NCBI GenBank assembly: GCA_963782055.1 | Contig: CAWAIF010000003.1 | Coordinates: forward strand, 1,664,001-1,728,000 | Direction of reading: 5' to 3' | DNA: 64,000 bases | DNA from: an uncultured delta proteobacterium | GTDB taxonomy: Bacteria; Myxococcota_A; Polyangia; Polyangiales; Polyangiaceae | Shown here: positions 28,911-38,840 of the stretch, in pieces | How positions within the stretch are numbered: position 1 is the stretch's first letter | Layout: each line of letters begins with the position of its first letter | Translations under genes and position numbers: made by a program | Notes under the pieces: model-generated | What the model saw: only the letters and a program-made list of their open reading frames with translations | What the model was told of the DNA's origin: nothing | Database searches by the model: none

Positions 28911-29242
28911 GAGTCCTTCTTTCTGTTGGCGCGCACGAAGGCGTCGAGCTTGTCCAGTCGGTCGTTCCAGAAGCGTTCGTAGCGGGTGGCCCAGCGCGAG
29001 ATGCGGTGGATCGGCGCGGGGTTCAGGGCGATGTGGTGCTCCCGCCCGACGCGCGTGCGCCGCACCAGGCCCGCGCGCTCCAGCACCTTGACGTGCTTGG
29101 AGACGGCGTTGAGTGACATGTCGAAGGGCTCGGCCAGGTCGGTGACCCGGACCGCGCCGGCGGTGAGCCGCTCGACGATCTGGCGGCGGGTGGGGTCCGC
29201 CAGGGCGGTGAAGGCGAGATCGAGGCTGGGGATGGCGCTCAT
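28907..29242 (-). CDS. ArsR/SmtB family transcriptional regulator
   Basis: FTALADPTRRQIVERL, LAEPFDMSLNAVSKHVKVLERAGLV, FWNDRLDKL. Confidence 0.94.
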   Translation of the reverse strand: MSAIPSLDLAFTALADPTRRQIVERLTAGAVRVTDLAEPFDMSLNAVSKHVKVLERAGLVRRTRVGREHHIALNPAPIHRISRWATRYERFWNDRLDKLDAFVRANRKKDS

Positions 29243-29244
29243 TC

Positions 29245-29264
29245 ATTCAACCCACGAGTTGAAT
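29245..29264. promoter_or_regulatory. Operator palindrome, probable ArsR autoregulatory site
   Basis: Perfect ATTCAAC-N6-GTTGAAT immediately upstream of the ArsR start. Confidence 0.75.
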
Positions 29265-29303
29265 AAAGCGCCCCGGTCCGCCTGTCAATGGCCGGTGGCG
29301 CCG

Positions 29304-30008
29304 TCAGTGGAGAAGGCTCGTCGCCTGCAGGAAGTGACCGGCCGCGATCCCGATGACCGCGTCGTGCAGGGCGTGGGCGATCATCCCCGGCCGCAGGCTG
29401 CGCCGCCAGCGCGCGAGCGCGCCGAACATGCCGCCGTAGAGGGCGAGCACGATCATCGTCCGCCACCCCTCGTAGCCGTGCGACGCGCCGAAGACGATCG
29501 CCTGGAGCACGACGCCGCCGGCCACGCTCCGCGTGATGACGCCGAACTGCTCGAGCAAGTACCCCCGGAAGACGATCTCCTCGCAGATGCCCGCGGTCGC
29601 GGCGACGGCGCAGAAGGTCGCGATCTCCGCCGGCGTGTGCGGCAGGATCCGCCGCAGCGCCTCCGTCGGTCGCGAGTGGACGAGCGCGCCGGCCACGGCG
29701 AGCACCACGTTGGCCGCGACGACGAACGCCACCGCGATCCCCACGTCGCGCAGCACGAGCTTCCACGAGCGCGCGTTGTCCCCGAGCAGATCCCGCAGCC
29801 GCCGCCCGCGCAGCCACAGCCCGAGCCACACGAAGGCCACGAAGAGCCACTCCAGCACGATGCTCAGCCCGTAGACGACGAGGCGGCCGGCGTGGACGCG
29901 CCCGGCCTGCTGCATCGAGGCGTTGACCACCGAGAACCCGACGAGCGCGGCGAGCAGCACGACGGTGTGCCACGCGGGAGCGACGAGCCGGCCGTGCGCG
30001 CGGGTCAT
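29304..30008 (-). CDS. CPBP (Abi/CAAX) intramembrane metalloprotease
   Basis: GICEEIVFRGYL, FGASH, HALHD. Confidence 0.92.
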   Translation of the reverse strand: MTRAHGRLVAPAWHTVVLLAALVGFSVVNASMQQAGRVHAGRLVVYGLSIVLEWLFVAFVWLGLWLRGRRLRDLLGDNARSWKLVLRDVGIAVAFVVAANVVLAVAGALVHSRPTEALRRILPHTPAEIATFCAVAATAGICEEIVFRGYLLEQFGVITRSVAGGVVLQAIVFGASHGYEGWRTMIVLALYGGMFGALARWRRSLRPGMIAHALHDAVIGIAAGHFLQATSLLH

Positions 30009-30017
30009 CGGAGGCGC

Positions 30018-30851
30018 TCAGTACAGCCCGAGCCCGTGCAGCCGCTTGCGCTGCTGCGTGCCGAGGGTGAGGCCCACCTGCGCGACGTCGATGGTCCGCG
30101 TGGTGCCCGGCGCGCCGGGGACGTCGGCGTGGTTCCAGAGCCCGCGGACGCACACCGCGAGCGTCTCTCCCGGCTCGGCGCACAGCGAGCCCTCGACCCA
30201 GCTCACCGGTCCGGGCGAGTCGGAGGAGGGGACGACGTGCATCCACCGGGCCGCGAGGGAGACGGGTCGGGTGTGCAGCGCGACGACCGCCCCGGTGGCC
30301 CACGAGACGTCCAGATCGCGCGAGGCGCCGCCGGCGTCGCTGCGCCCGGTGAGGATCAGCCCGGACGTCCAGGCGACCTCGGCGAGCACCACGCGCGAGA
30401 GCAGGTACTGGTAGCCCACGTGGGCATCGGGGAGCACGAGCGCCGAGCGGTAGTAGAGGTCGTTGCCCTCCAGCATGCCCAGGAAGCCGGCGCGCACGAA
30501 GGGGCCTTGCCGTGGGGTGACGGCGAGGCGGTAGCCGCCCATCAGGGAGAAGGAGAGGCCGCCCTGGAACATGGCGCCGCGATCGCTCGCGCCCCCGCCG
30601 ATCTGCGCCGTGTTCACCATGCGCACGACCACGCCGCGGTCGTAGCTGTAGCCGGCGATCGCGCTGCGGGCGGTGATCGCGCCGCCGCGGTGCACGCCGC
30701 TCGGGTCGCGCGCGAGCGTCTCGCTCCCGTCCAGTCCGGTGCTGCCGACGAGCATCGCCGAGACCTGAGCGCCGCCAGGCCGGTGCGGCAGCGTCGCCAG
30801 TCGCGTGAGGGCGTCGTCGCTCGCGAACAGAAAGAGCGCGATGGGGAGCAC
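30018..30851 (-). CDS. Hypothetical, probable outer-membrane beta-barrel
   Basis: Alternating Gly/aromatic beta strands. Start uncertain. Confidence 0.6.
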   Translation of the reverse strand: MLPIALFLFASDDALTRLATLPHRPGGAQVSAMLVGSTGLDGSETLARDPSGVHRGGAITARSAIAGYSYDRGVVVRMVNTAQIGGGASDRGAMFQGGLSFSLMGGYRLAVTPRQGPFVRAGFLGMLEGNDLYYRSALVLPDAHVGYQYLLSRVVLAEVAWTSGLILTGRSDAGGASRDLDVSWATGAVVALHTRPVSLAARWMHVVPSSDSPGPVSWVEGSLCAEPGETLAVCVRGLWNHADVPGAPGTTRTIDVAQVGLTLGTQQRKRLHGLGLY

Positions 30852-30903
30852 TGCGGCATCACCCTACACGACTGGCCGCGCGGCGCACGGCCGACAGCCC
30901 GAG

Positions 30904-31668
30904 CTACTGCCCGAGGAGCTGGGCGAGGCGCGCCTGCCCGACCTGGATGGCCTTCGCGTGGTCCTCGATGGGCGAGACTTTTGCGCTGGAGCCGGTGAAG
31001 GCGACATAGAGCACGTCCGGCGCGTCCACGCCGCCCTTGCTCGGGTCGGGGTTGACGCCGAGATCACTGGCCGTCGCGTACGAAGCCTCGCCGATGTCCG
31101 CCGAGGGCCCGACGTCCCCGTACACCGCGTACTCGACCTGCCCCTTGTAGAGCACCAGGATCACGTCGCCCTTCGCCAGCCCGGCCGCGCCGAAGTCGAA
31201 GCGGCTGCTCTTGCCCGGCACCACGACGTACGGCAGGTGCGCCGCGTCCAGCGCGTTGCCCTGCGAGTCGGTCGCCGCGGTCTGATTCTGGTAGTCGGGG
31301 TCGGTCGAGAGGTTGCACTCGGTCGTCGTCTTGCCATCGCAGTCGATGTCCATGTCCGCCTTCCAGAAGAGCGCGTTGCTGAGCTGGCAGATGGGCACCG
31401 TGGGCGTGTCGCCGGCGTTGAGGGCGTAGAGGCCGCTGGAGACCTGGTTGCACTTCGCGGTGAGCGCCTGCAGCGCGGCGACCGGATCCACCGCGGCGTC
31501 GGCGTCGGGCGCCTCGGCCGCATCGCTCGACGCGTCCGCCGCCGGCGCGTCGCTCGACGTGTCGGCGACCGAGGCGTCCGGCGTGTCGCCGGCGTCGGTG
31601 TCGACCGGCGTGTCCGACCCGCAGGCGAGGAGACCTGCAGCGGCGAGGGCCAGGACGAGGCGGAGCAT
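30904..31668 (-). CDS. Glycoside hydrolase family 75 (chitosanase-like) lipoprotein
   Basis: Lipobox LLAC; ADMDIDCDG, DPDYQNQT, LDAAHLPYVVVP, YAVYGDVGP, IGEASYA. Confidence 0.9.
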   Translation of the reverse strand: MLRLVLALAAAGLLACGSDTPVDTDAGDTPDASVADTSSDAPAADASSDAAEAPDADAAVDPVAALQALTAKCNQVSSGLYALNAGDTPTVPICQLSNALFWKADMDIDCDGKTTTECNLSTDPDYQNQTAATDSQGNALDAAHLPYVVVPGKSSRFDFGAAGLAKGDVILVLYKGQVEYAVYGDVGPSADIGEASYATASDLGVNPDPSKGGVDAPDVLYVAFTGSSAKVSPIEDHAKAIQVGQARLAQLLGQ

Positions 31669-31776
31669 GCCGCCAGCATACTTCACCGGGGGCGCGCAGC
31701 CCATGCGCGCGAGCCGCGCGCGCCAGGCCCTTGACCGGCTTGAGCCAGTACGCACCTTGCGACCAGGAAGGGCGTC

Positions 31777-32100
31777 ATGAAGTCCCTCGTCGCCATCGTG
31801 TTCGGACTCGCGCTGCCACTCGTCGTGGCCGCTCCCCGGGGCGTCGCGGAGGACCCCGGCCCCGGCCCGTGCATCGAGGTCGCCGCCGTCACCGTCTGGG
31901 GAGGCTGGGGCTACAACCACATCGTCTACCTGACCGACCGGTGCGACGAGCCGTACGCCTGCGATGTCTCCACCGACGTCGACCCGGAGATCCACCACGC
32001 GCTGGTCCCCGGCAGGACGACGGTCCAGGTGTACACAGCGGTGAACTCCCTCGCGCGCGTCATCTTCCCGAAGGTCGACTGCGTGCTCGCGTCGAAGTGA
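31777..32100 (+). CDS. Small secreted hypothetical protein
   Basis: Signal peptide, four Cys, GYNHIV motif; GGAAGG RBS. Confidence 0.75.
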   Translation: MKSLVAIVFGLALPLVVAAPRGVAEDPGPGPCIEVAAVTVWGGWGYNHIVYLTDRCDEPYACDVSTDVDPEIHHALVPGRTTVQVYTAVNSLARVIFPKVDCVLASK

Positions 32101-32244
32101 GCGCCACCTTCACAACGTGTGCAGCGGCGTGCACGCTCCGCCCTCCCTCGGGTCGTGGGCGAGGGAATTGCTGCCATGGCACGGGGGCTGCTTGAGTAGT
32201 GTTCACCCTGGACGCGAAGCCTCGCGGCGGCGCGCACCCTTCGA

Positions 32245-32862
32245 ATGAACCGACGCCTACTCTTCGCGCTCCTCACCGCCATCGTCCTCTTGCGCGTCGC
32301 TCCCGCGCGCGCGCAGGACACCACCGCGCCGCGCCCCACGCGACCATCGCCGCACACGCTCGGGCTGCTCGGCGGACTGGGGTACCTGGAGAGTCCGAGC
32401 CTCGGCGGCTCGGCCTTCATGCTCGGCGTCCGCTACCGGCCGATCACCCATTTCGCGCTGAGCTTCGACGCCGGCTACGGCCTGCTGAACGGCGACGCGC
32501 AGGTGCAGGACCGCTGGTGGCTGATGCCGAGCGTCGCGCTGGTCGTCCCCGTGCGGCGTCTCCAGCTCGAGCTCGGCGCGGGGCTCGGCTTCGGGGCGAC
32601 CTCGGGGTACCGGTCGTGGGACGCGTACTTCGCCGGGCCCTTCGACCCGACGTGGGCGCTGCAGCTCGTCCCCACCTTCCGCGCTCACGCGATGGCGATC
32701 GCCCCCGTCACGCGGACGCTCGACGTCTTCGTCCGCGCCGACACGGCCGTGCTGCTCCTCGGCGGCAACTCCATTGGATCGCGCGTCAACGATCCGGACC
32801 CGCCCGCCGCCGACACCCTCTGGCTGGACCTCACCGTCGGCGTGCACTTCCGCGTGCTCTGA
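32245..32862 (+). CDS. Secreted beta-barrel-like hypothetical protein
   Basis: Signal ending ARAQ; amphipathic strands; C-terminal GVHFRVL. Confidence 0.7.
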   Translation: MNRRLLFALLTAIVLLRVAPARAQDTTAPRPTRPSPHTLGLLGGLGYLESPSLGGSAFMLGVRYRPITHFALSFDAGYGLLNGDAQVQDRWWLMPSVALVVPVRRLQLELGAGLGFGATSGYRSWDAYFAGPFDPTWALQLVPTFRAHAMAIAPVTRTLDVFVRADTAVLLLGGNSIGSRVNDPDPPAADTLWLDLTVGVHFRVL

Positions 32863-32948
32863 GCCGCCTCCACCGGCGCCACTGGGGTCGAACGCCGCCC
32901 CGGCCGGTACGCGCCACGACGACTGATCGAGTCGGGTAGGCTGGGGCC

Positions 32949-33833
32949 ATGTCGCCATCCCGGAAGCGAGTCCTCGTCACCGGCGCGAGCGCCGGTATCG
33001 GCCGTCACGCGGCGCTTCGCCTCGCCGAGCGCGGGTGGGAGGTGTTCGCCGCGGCGCGCCGGACCGCCCGGCTGGAGACGCTGAAGGCGGAGGCCGGCGA
33101 GCTCCTCCACACCGTCGCGCTGGACGTGAACGACGCCGCGTCGATCGAGCGCGCCGCCGCCGAGATCCACGAGCGCACCTCCGGCTACGGCGTGGACGGT
33201 GTGGTGAACAACGCGGGCATCGCCATCGCCGGCGCGCTCGCCGAGGTCAGCGACGCCGACATGCGCGCCCAGTTCGAGACCAACGTGTTCGGGCTGCTCA
33301 GCGTGACACGCAAGTTCCTGCCGGGGATGATGGAGCGGGGGTCGGGCCGCATCGTCAACCTCTCCAGCTCCGGCGGCCTCGTCAGCCTGCCCTTCGTCGG
33401 CGTCTATCACGCGACCAAGTTCGCCGTCGAAGCGCTCTCCGACGCCCTGCGCTGGGAGCTCGCGCCCTTCGGCGTCCGCGTCTCGCTCATCGAGCCGGGG
33501 CCCATCCGGACCGAGTTCGGCGACAAGCTCGTCGCCACGGCCGACCGGCTCGGCCCCGGCTCGACGTACGCGCCGCTCTTCCGGGACGTCGACCGGCTCA
33601 AGGAGCTCGCAGAGCGCGGCATGAGCGACCCGCGGATCGTCACGCGCGACATCGTGCACGCCCTGACGGCCCGGCGCCCGCGCGCGCGCTACCTGGAGCC
33701 GCGCTATCTCTGGCTCGCCATCAAGCTCTACCAGCTCACGCCCACGTGGCTGAGCGACTGGGTGATCACGCGCGCGACGGGCCTCACGTCGAAGCGCCTG
33801 CGTCCGCCGGCAGATGCACGCGAGGCTCGCTGA
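32949..33833 (+). CDS. Classical SDR oxidoreductase
   Basis: TGASAGIG, NNAG, YHATK, IEPGPIRTEF. Confidence 0.93.
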   Translation: MSPSRKRVLVTGASAGIGRHAALRLAERGWEVFAAARRTARLETLKAEAGELLHTVALDVNDAASIERAAAEIHERTSGYGVDGVVNNAGIAIAGALAEVSDADMRAQFETNVFGLLSVTRKFLPGMMERGSGRIVNLSSSGGLVSLPFVGVYHATKFAVEALSDALRWELAPFGVRVSLIEPGPIRTEFGDKLVATADRLGPGSTYAPLFRDVDRLKELAERGMSDPRIVTRDIVHALTARRPRARYLEPRYLWLAIKLYQLTPTWLSDWVITRATGLTSKRLRPPADAREAR

Positions 33834-33861
33834 CGCGCGCGCGGCGGAGTAGCATGACCGG

Positions 33862-34104
33862 ATGACGGAGACGGCGAAGGGCGTGGTGGTCGGGTTCCAG
33901 AAGGAGCAGGGCTTCGGTCGCGTGACGGTGGAAGGGCAGGGGGAGATGTCCTTCGACGCCGTCGTCACCCTCGCCAAACCGGAGGACCTCGTCGCCGGCG
34001 CCAAGGTGAACGTCGAGCTGGCACCCTCACGCATCCCGGGCAGGATGAAGGTGGCGAAGCTCTGGCTGGAGGGAGCCTCCGGCGAGCCGCTGAAGCAGAG
34101 CTGA
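33862..34104 (+). CDS. Cold-shock-like OB-fold small protein
   Basis: KGVVVGF..EQGFGRV resembles CSD beta1/RNP1; RNP2 degenerate. Confidence 0.55.
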   Translation: MTETAKGVVVGFQKEQGFGRVTVEGQGEMSFDAVVTLAKPEDLVAGAKVNVELAPSRIPGRMKVAKLWLEGASGEPLKQS

Positions 34105-34127
34105 CGTTTGCGGCGGGCGCCGCGGGA

Positions 34128-34568
34128 TCACTGCACGACGAGCATCGTCACCGGTACCGCTCGCCCCTCGCGCCGGATGGCCTGCGTGAAGTCCACGGTC
34201 ACCTGCGGGACTGTGTCCCAGTCGAACCCTTGCTCCGCGAACTCCACATACACCGCGTGCGATCCGTTCGGCGGGATGACGTAGTTGTTGTGCTGCGTCA
34301 TCGCGCCGCTGGCGCGGCCCACCGTCTGCCCACCCGGCAGCCGCGCGGTGACGAGGTCGCGCGTCACCACGATGGGCTCGGCGCCGTCGTTGATGACGGT
34401 GACGCGCACCCAGAGCTTGTGGCCGCCGACCCAGACCTGCATCGGCTGCACGGTGATGCCCCCCGCGTGGGCCGAGCGGGCCTGGAGGTAGTGCTTGCTG
34501 CACGCGAGGAGCGCGAGCATCGCAACCAGAAGGAGCATGCCGAACAGGAAGTGGTGTCGCCGGGTCAT
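34128..34568 (-). CDS. Hypothetical lipoprotein
   Basis: MTRRHHFLFGMLLLVAMLALLAC lipobox; beta-rich Ig-like body. Confidence 0.75.
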   Translation of the reverse strand: MTRRHHFLFGMLLLVAMLALLACSKHYLQARSAHAGGITVQPMQVWVGGHKLWVRVTVINDGAEPIVVTRDLVTARLPGGQTVGRASGAMTQHNNYVIPPNGSHAVYVEFAEQGFDWDTVPQVTVDFTQAIRREGRAVPVTMLVVQ

Positions 34569-34756
34569 GGGGGGCCTCCGCGCCGGAGACACTAGCAACG
34601 AACACGCCACTGCTTGGATGCGATTTACACGTGCCGCGCGGCCTCGTCCAACCGCGCAAAGTCGGCAAGCATGCAGCCGGTGCCCCCGGACGGCACGCCT
34701 TGCGTGGTCCCGAGCGTGCGCGCGCCTCCGGTCCGTGCGACGCTGCGGCGGGCGCG

Positions 34757-35221
34757 ATGCCACTCTCGACCGACGCGATCCATGCCTTCATGCGCGAGGC
34801 CCTCGGCGAGGGCCGCAAGGCGCTGCCGCTCTGCCTGCCCAACCCGCCCGTCGGGTGCGTGCTCGTGCGCGGGGACGTGGTCGTCGCGCGTGGCTTCACG
34901 CAGCCGCCGTATCAGCCGCACGCGGAGCCGATGGCCCTGGGGCAGCTCCAGGGAGATCTCGGCGACGTGACGGCCTTCGTGACGCTGGAGCCGTGCGCGT
35001 TCCACCAGCGCACGCCGTCGTGCGCGAAGGAGCTCGTCGCGCGGAAGGTGGGCGCGGTGTACGTCGCGATGATCGACCCGCACCCACGAAACCGCGGCGC
35101 GGGCATCGAGATGCTGCGAGCGGCGGGGATCCCAGTCGTCGTCGGCATCCTGGAAGCGGAGGCGCAGGCGGAGATGGGCCCGTACCTGCACGACGCGGCG
35201 AAGCCTCCGGTGGGCTGGTAG
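34757..35221 (+). CDS. Stand-alone RibD-like deaminase domain
   Basis: PNPPVGCVLV, HAE, TLEPC..QRTPSC, DPHPRNRGAG; no reductase domain. Confidence 0.88.
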   Translation: MPLSTDAIHAFMREALGEGRKALPLCLPNPPVGCVLVRGDVVVARGFTQPPYQPHAEPMALGQLQGDLGDVTAFVTLEPCAFHQRTPSCAKELVARKVGAVYVAMIDPHPRNRGAGIEMLRAAGIPVVVGILEAEAQAEMGPYLHDAAKPPVGW

Positions 35222-35399
35222 AGCAGCGCGACGCGCCTTCTCTTACGGCAGTACGACACAATTACGATCGCCGCGGACGGTCGGGGCTCCGCGCCTCGAT
35301 ATTCGTGTCGGAATTTGCAATCTGGGCACTCCCACTTCGTGCGCGATGGACGTAGGGTCCGCGCCTGCCAGATGCCTGCCAGATGGATGAGGTGATGCC

Positions 35400-36605
35400 A
35401 TGCGATGGATGATGTTGACCGCGATCGCGCTCACGGCGGCGTGCAGCTCCAATCAGGGTAGCGGGTTCGGCCCCGGCAGCGACGGCGGCGCGGACGGCGC
35501 GAACACCTTCCCCTCCGACGACGGAGGGTGCGCGCTCTGCAACGGCGACGCTGCGCTCAACCCCGGCGACGGCGCCGCGCCGTGCGTGCCCGACCCCAAC
35601 AACTACGACATCCCGGGCAACAACTGCGACGACGACGGCGACGGCACCGTCGACAACGCGCCGGCCTGCGACGGCAACCTGCCCGCCAGCGGCACCGCGG
35701 CGCAGCTCGCGCAGGCGATGGGCCTCTGCAAGACCTCCACGAACGGGAGCTGGGGCGTCGTCTCGGCGAAGCTGACGCAGGGCTACGGCAACAACTCCGC
35801 GCCGGACGCCCACCAGACGAGCATCCTCAAGACCTTCGGGAACAAGCTCACCCCGCGCGAGGGCAAGGCCTTCTCGGTCCTCAGCTCCGGCTACGCGCAG
35901 GCGATGGACTCGTGCCCCACCAGCAAGCGCTTCTCCAGCCTGGCGGGCACGTCCTTCAAGTTCGGCTGCGCGATGACGGGGCAGGGCGCGGCACCCGCGG
36001 GGTTCCCGAAGAGCGCGAACGGCTGCCCCTCGCAGCAGGGCTCCGCGGTCAACGACGTGGTCGACCTGCAGCTCGTCATCAAGGTCCCCAACAACGCCAA
36101 CGGCTTCTCCTTCGACTTCGACTTCGGGTCGGGCGAGTGGCCGGAGTACGTGTGCAGCCCCTTCAACGACTCCTTCATCGCGTACCTGAAGTCGGCCGCC
36201 TTCAACGGCGGCGCGCCGGACAACATCTCCTTCGACTCCAAGAACAACCCGGTCAGCGTGAACAACGCCTTCTTCAGCGAGTGCTCACCGACGGGCGCCA
36301 AGACCGGCTGCGCGCCGCAGGGCACCGCCGGCACCGCGCAGTGCTCCAACGGTACCGCCGACCTGATGGGCACGGGCTTCTACGACCTCAACGACTCCAA
36401 CAACCCCTACGCCTGCAACAACAGCGAGACGGGTGGAGGCATGACGGGCTGGCTCACCACGCAGGCGCCCGCCCAGCCGGGGGAGACGCTGACCATCGAC
36501 TTCCTCATCTGGGACACCGGCGATCAGTACTACGACTCGTCGGTCGTCATGGACAACTGGACCTGGAAGCCGGATCCCGTCACAGTCAGCACCGTGCCGA
36601 AGTGA
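35400..36605 (+). CDS. Choice-of-anchor-L-like Cys-rich lipoprotein
   Basis: Lipobox AAC; DIPGNNCDDDGDG.VD, VPNNANGFSFDF, EWPEYVCSPFNDSF, IWDTGD..YDS. Confidence 0.8.
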   Translation: MRWMMLTAIALTAACSSNQGSGFGPGSDGGADGANTFPSDDGGCALCNGDAALNPGDGAAPCVPDPNNYDIPGNNCDDDGDGTVDNAPACDGNLPASGTAAQLAQAMGLCKTSTNGSWGVVSAKLTQGYGNNSAPDAHQTSILKTFGNKLTPREGKAFSVLSSGYAQAMDSCPTSKRFSSLAGTSFKFGCAMTGQGAAPAGFPKSANGCPSQQGSAVNDVVDLQLVIKVPNNANGFSFDFDFGSGEWPEYVCSPFNDSFIAYLKSAAFNGGAPDNISFDSKNNPVSVNNAFFSECSPTGAKTGCAPQGTAGTAQCSNGTADLMGTGFYDLNDSNNPYACNNSETGGGMTGWLTTQAPAQPGETLTIDFLIWDTGDQYYDSSVVMDNWTWKPDPVTVSTVPK

Positions 36606-36651
36606 GCGCGGTCCCCCGGACCGTGCGCGCCCTCGGGCCGGGTGATCCACC

Positions 36652-37050
36652 ATGGCGTATGTGCTCAGCGTCGTCCTCGCGACGGCTGTCGGGGTCCTGC
36701 CGGGCCTCTACCTCGGCGGCGCGCTCGGGTGGCTCGCGTCGATGGTGCGCCGCAAGCGTGCCGGAGTCGAGAGCGCGGACGCGGACCACCTCACCTTCAC
36801 GGAGGCCATGCTCTGGGGTTGCGGGATGGCGCTGGGCGTCGGGGCCACCGTCGCCTCCCTCTTCTGGATGGTGGACGTCTCCTGGCGGGCGCTCGCCTGG
36901 CCGGTGACCGCCGGAGCGCTCGTCGCGGGCGCGTCGTGGGCGCGCGTGGCGCGGATCGGCATGCCGGGGATGCGCGGGGGGTCTCTCCTCCTCGCGTGCG
37001 CCGGGCTGAGCGCGCTGGTGGCCGGGCTCGCGGCGGCGGCGACTCGCTAG
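36652..37050 (+). CDS. Hypothetical membrane protein
   Basis: About four hydrophobic helices; fills the gap between genes. Confidence 0.7.
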   Translation: MAYVLSVVLATAVGVLPGLYLGGALGWLASMVRRKRAGVESADADHLTFTEAMLWGCGMALGVGATVASLFWMVDVSWRALAWPVTAGALVAGASWARVARIGMPGMRGGSLLLACAGLSALVAGLAAAATR

Positions 37051-37848
37051 TTGCGCCCGCACGCGTGCACGGTCTTCCCTGTCGGCACGCCGAGCGAATC
37101 GTCCAGCTCGATCGCGATGCACTTCGCGCCGCCGGTGCAATCGGTGTCGACGCGGCACCGGCGTGTGCACCACTTCTTGCTGAAGCCGCCCTTGCCGAGG
37201 ATGAACCCGGTCGACTCGGCGCAGAGCCCCGAGCGGCAGTCGTGCCCCTTCTTGCACGACTCGCCGTACGCGCTCCTGCGGAAGTAGCCGACGAAGGTCA
37301 GCCCGCCCATGCCGAGGATCATGACCGCGAACATGATCAGCACGCGTCGTCGTACCCGGCGCCTGCGGACACGCGCCGCCGCCCGCAGGTCGAGGTACAG
37401 GCGCTGCCGCCTTCGCCGCCGGCGGTTGGCGTTCTCGATGGCGTGGACGACCTTCTTCTTGGTCCCGACGCGCACCAGAAGGTTCCCGCGGCCTGCGGGC
37501 ACCGCCCGCCGCACGACGTCGCGACGGAGCCCGGGCGCGTCGCCGAGCCCCTCGAGCGACACCGCGTCGCCGTCCTTCATCCCCGCGTCCCAGCGGGCCA
37601 CCACCTTGCTCTTCTGGAGGCCGGCGCCGCACTCCCCGCACACCGAGCAGCCCACGCCCTCGCAGACCTCGCACCGGACGAGCGCCTGGTGCTCGAGCGT
37701 CCGCTCCCCTCCGCTCGCGAGAATCCTCCGCGTCGACGAGGATCGCCCGCACCCTGTGCCCGTCCGGCGTGGTGATCTCTGGATCGAGGTCCGGCGCTCG
37801 CCCGGGCGGCGCCTCCGGGACCTGCGGCTCGCGGTAGGGATCGGCCAC
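37047..37848 (-). CDS. DnaJ zinc-finger/C-terminal-like domain plus TM and Cys-rich exported domain (+1 frameshift at ~37722)
   Basis: MADPYREP..AILVDAED joins the second frame LASGGERTL..CEVCEGVG..DAGMKDGD.V.LEGLGD..GNLLVRV, then a TM helix and a Cys-rich tail. Confidence 0.65.
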
Positions 37849-37851
37849 GAC

Positions 37852-38760
37852 TCAGTCCAAGAACTCGGCGATGATGCGCTTGAGCACCTCATCGTCGGCG
37901 AACACCTCGGCGATGCCGGCGTCCTCCTCGAGCAGGGCGATGACGCTCGCGATGGCGCGCTTCTCCGGCTTGAGGGCAAGGAGCGGCGTCACGCGCACGG
38001 CGACCTCCGGGATGGAGCTGCCCTCCTCGATCTCCACCAGCTCGCGGTCGGCGAGGAAGTGAAGGAGAAGCTCCGCCGGCGGCCGCGTCTTCGCCTGGGT
38101 CGCGGGCGCACGCTTCGCCGCCTCCGCCCCGACGACAATCTCGCCCTTCTCCAGCTTCCGCACCCGCGGCGCGAGCCACGCCGCGAAGCTCATCGCCTCC
38201 TCCATGACGCCCTCCAGCCCCTCGTCGGCGATCTCGAAGAGGAAGACCCCCCCGTGGAGCGTGTCGATGGCGAACAGCCAGTCGTCGTCGACGGGTGCGC
38301 GGACGCCGTCGTCCTCGTCGTCGCGCGGGGCGTCCTTGCCGCGCATCCAGAGCAAGGGGACCAGCGTCGTGCGCGCGACGCCCTCCTCCGCGTCCGCCTC
38401 GCCGCGCATGCACGCGCCGGTGTCGTCGTCGAACCAGGCCTCGAACGGGCCCGCGGCGACCACCTCGGCGAGAGACATCCACCGCAGCTCCGGCTCGGAG
38501 GTGTTGTACGTCTCCCACGCCTCGGTGTGCTCGTCGGCGCGCAGGGCGTCGAGGAGTCCCGCGCCCTCCGTCTCGCCGTCGTGCCACTCGTACAGTGCAC
38601 GTAACGTGGCGGGGAGCTTGGTCCCGAGGGACTTCTCCGCCTTCGCGATGGCGGCGTCCGTGGCCGGTGGGGCGAGCAGACGGGCGCGGGCGGGGGAGGC
38701 TGCGATCCAGGCGTCGAGCCGGGAGAGGACGTCCTTGAGCGAGGGTTGCTTGACGGGCAC
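37852..38760 (-). CDS. SMI1/KNR4 family protein
   Basis: LAPPATDAAIAKAEKSLG.KLPATLRALYEWHDG. Confidence 0.85.
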   Translation of the reverse strand: MPVKQPSLKDVLSRLDAWIAASPARARLLAPPATDAAIAKAEKSLGTKLPATLRALYEWHDGETEGAGLLDALRADEHTEAWETYNTSEPELRWMSLAEVVAAGPFEAWFDDDTGACMRGEADAEEGVARTTLVPLLWMRGKDAPRDDEDDGVRAPVDDDWLFAIDTLHGGVFLFEIADEGLEGVMEEAMSFAAWLAPRVRKLEKGEIVVGAEAAKRAPATQAKTRPPAELLLHFLADRELVEIEEGSSIPEVAVRVTPLLALKPEKRAIASVIALLEEDAGIAEVFADDEVLKRIIAEFLD

Positions 38761-38840
38761 GCCGGCAGACTACGTCATCTCGGGGTCCGGCCCCAGTCCG
38801 CTGCAAACCCCCCCCGCGAGCGCCTGAGCCGGCGCGTGTC

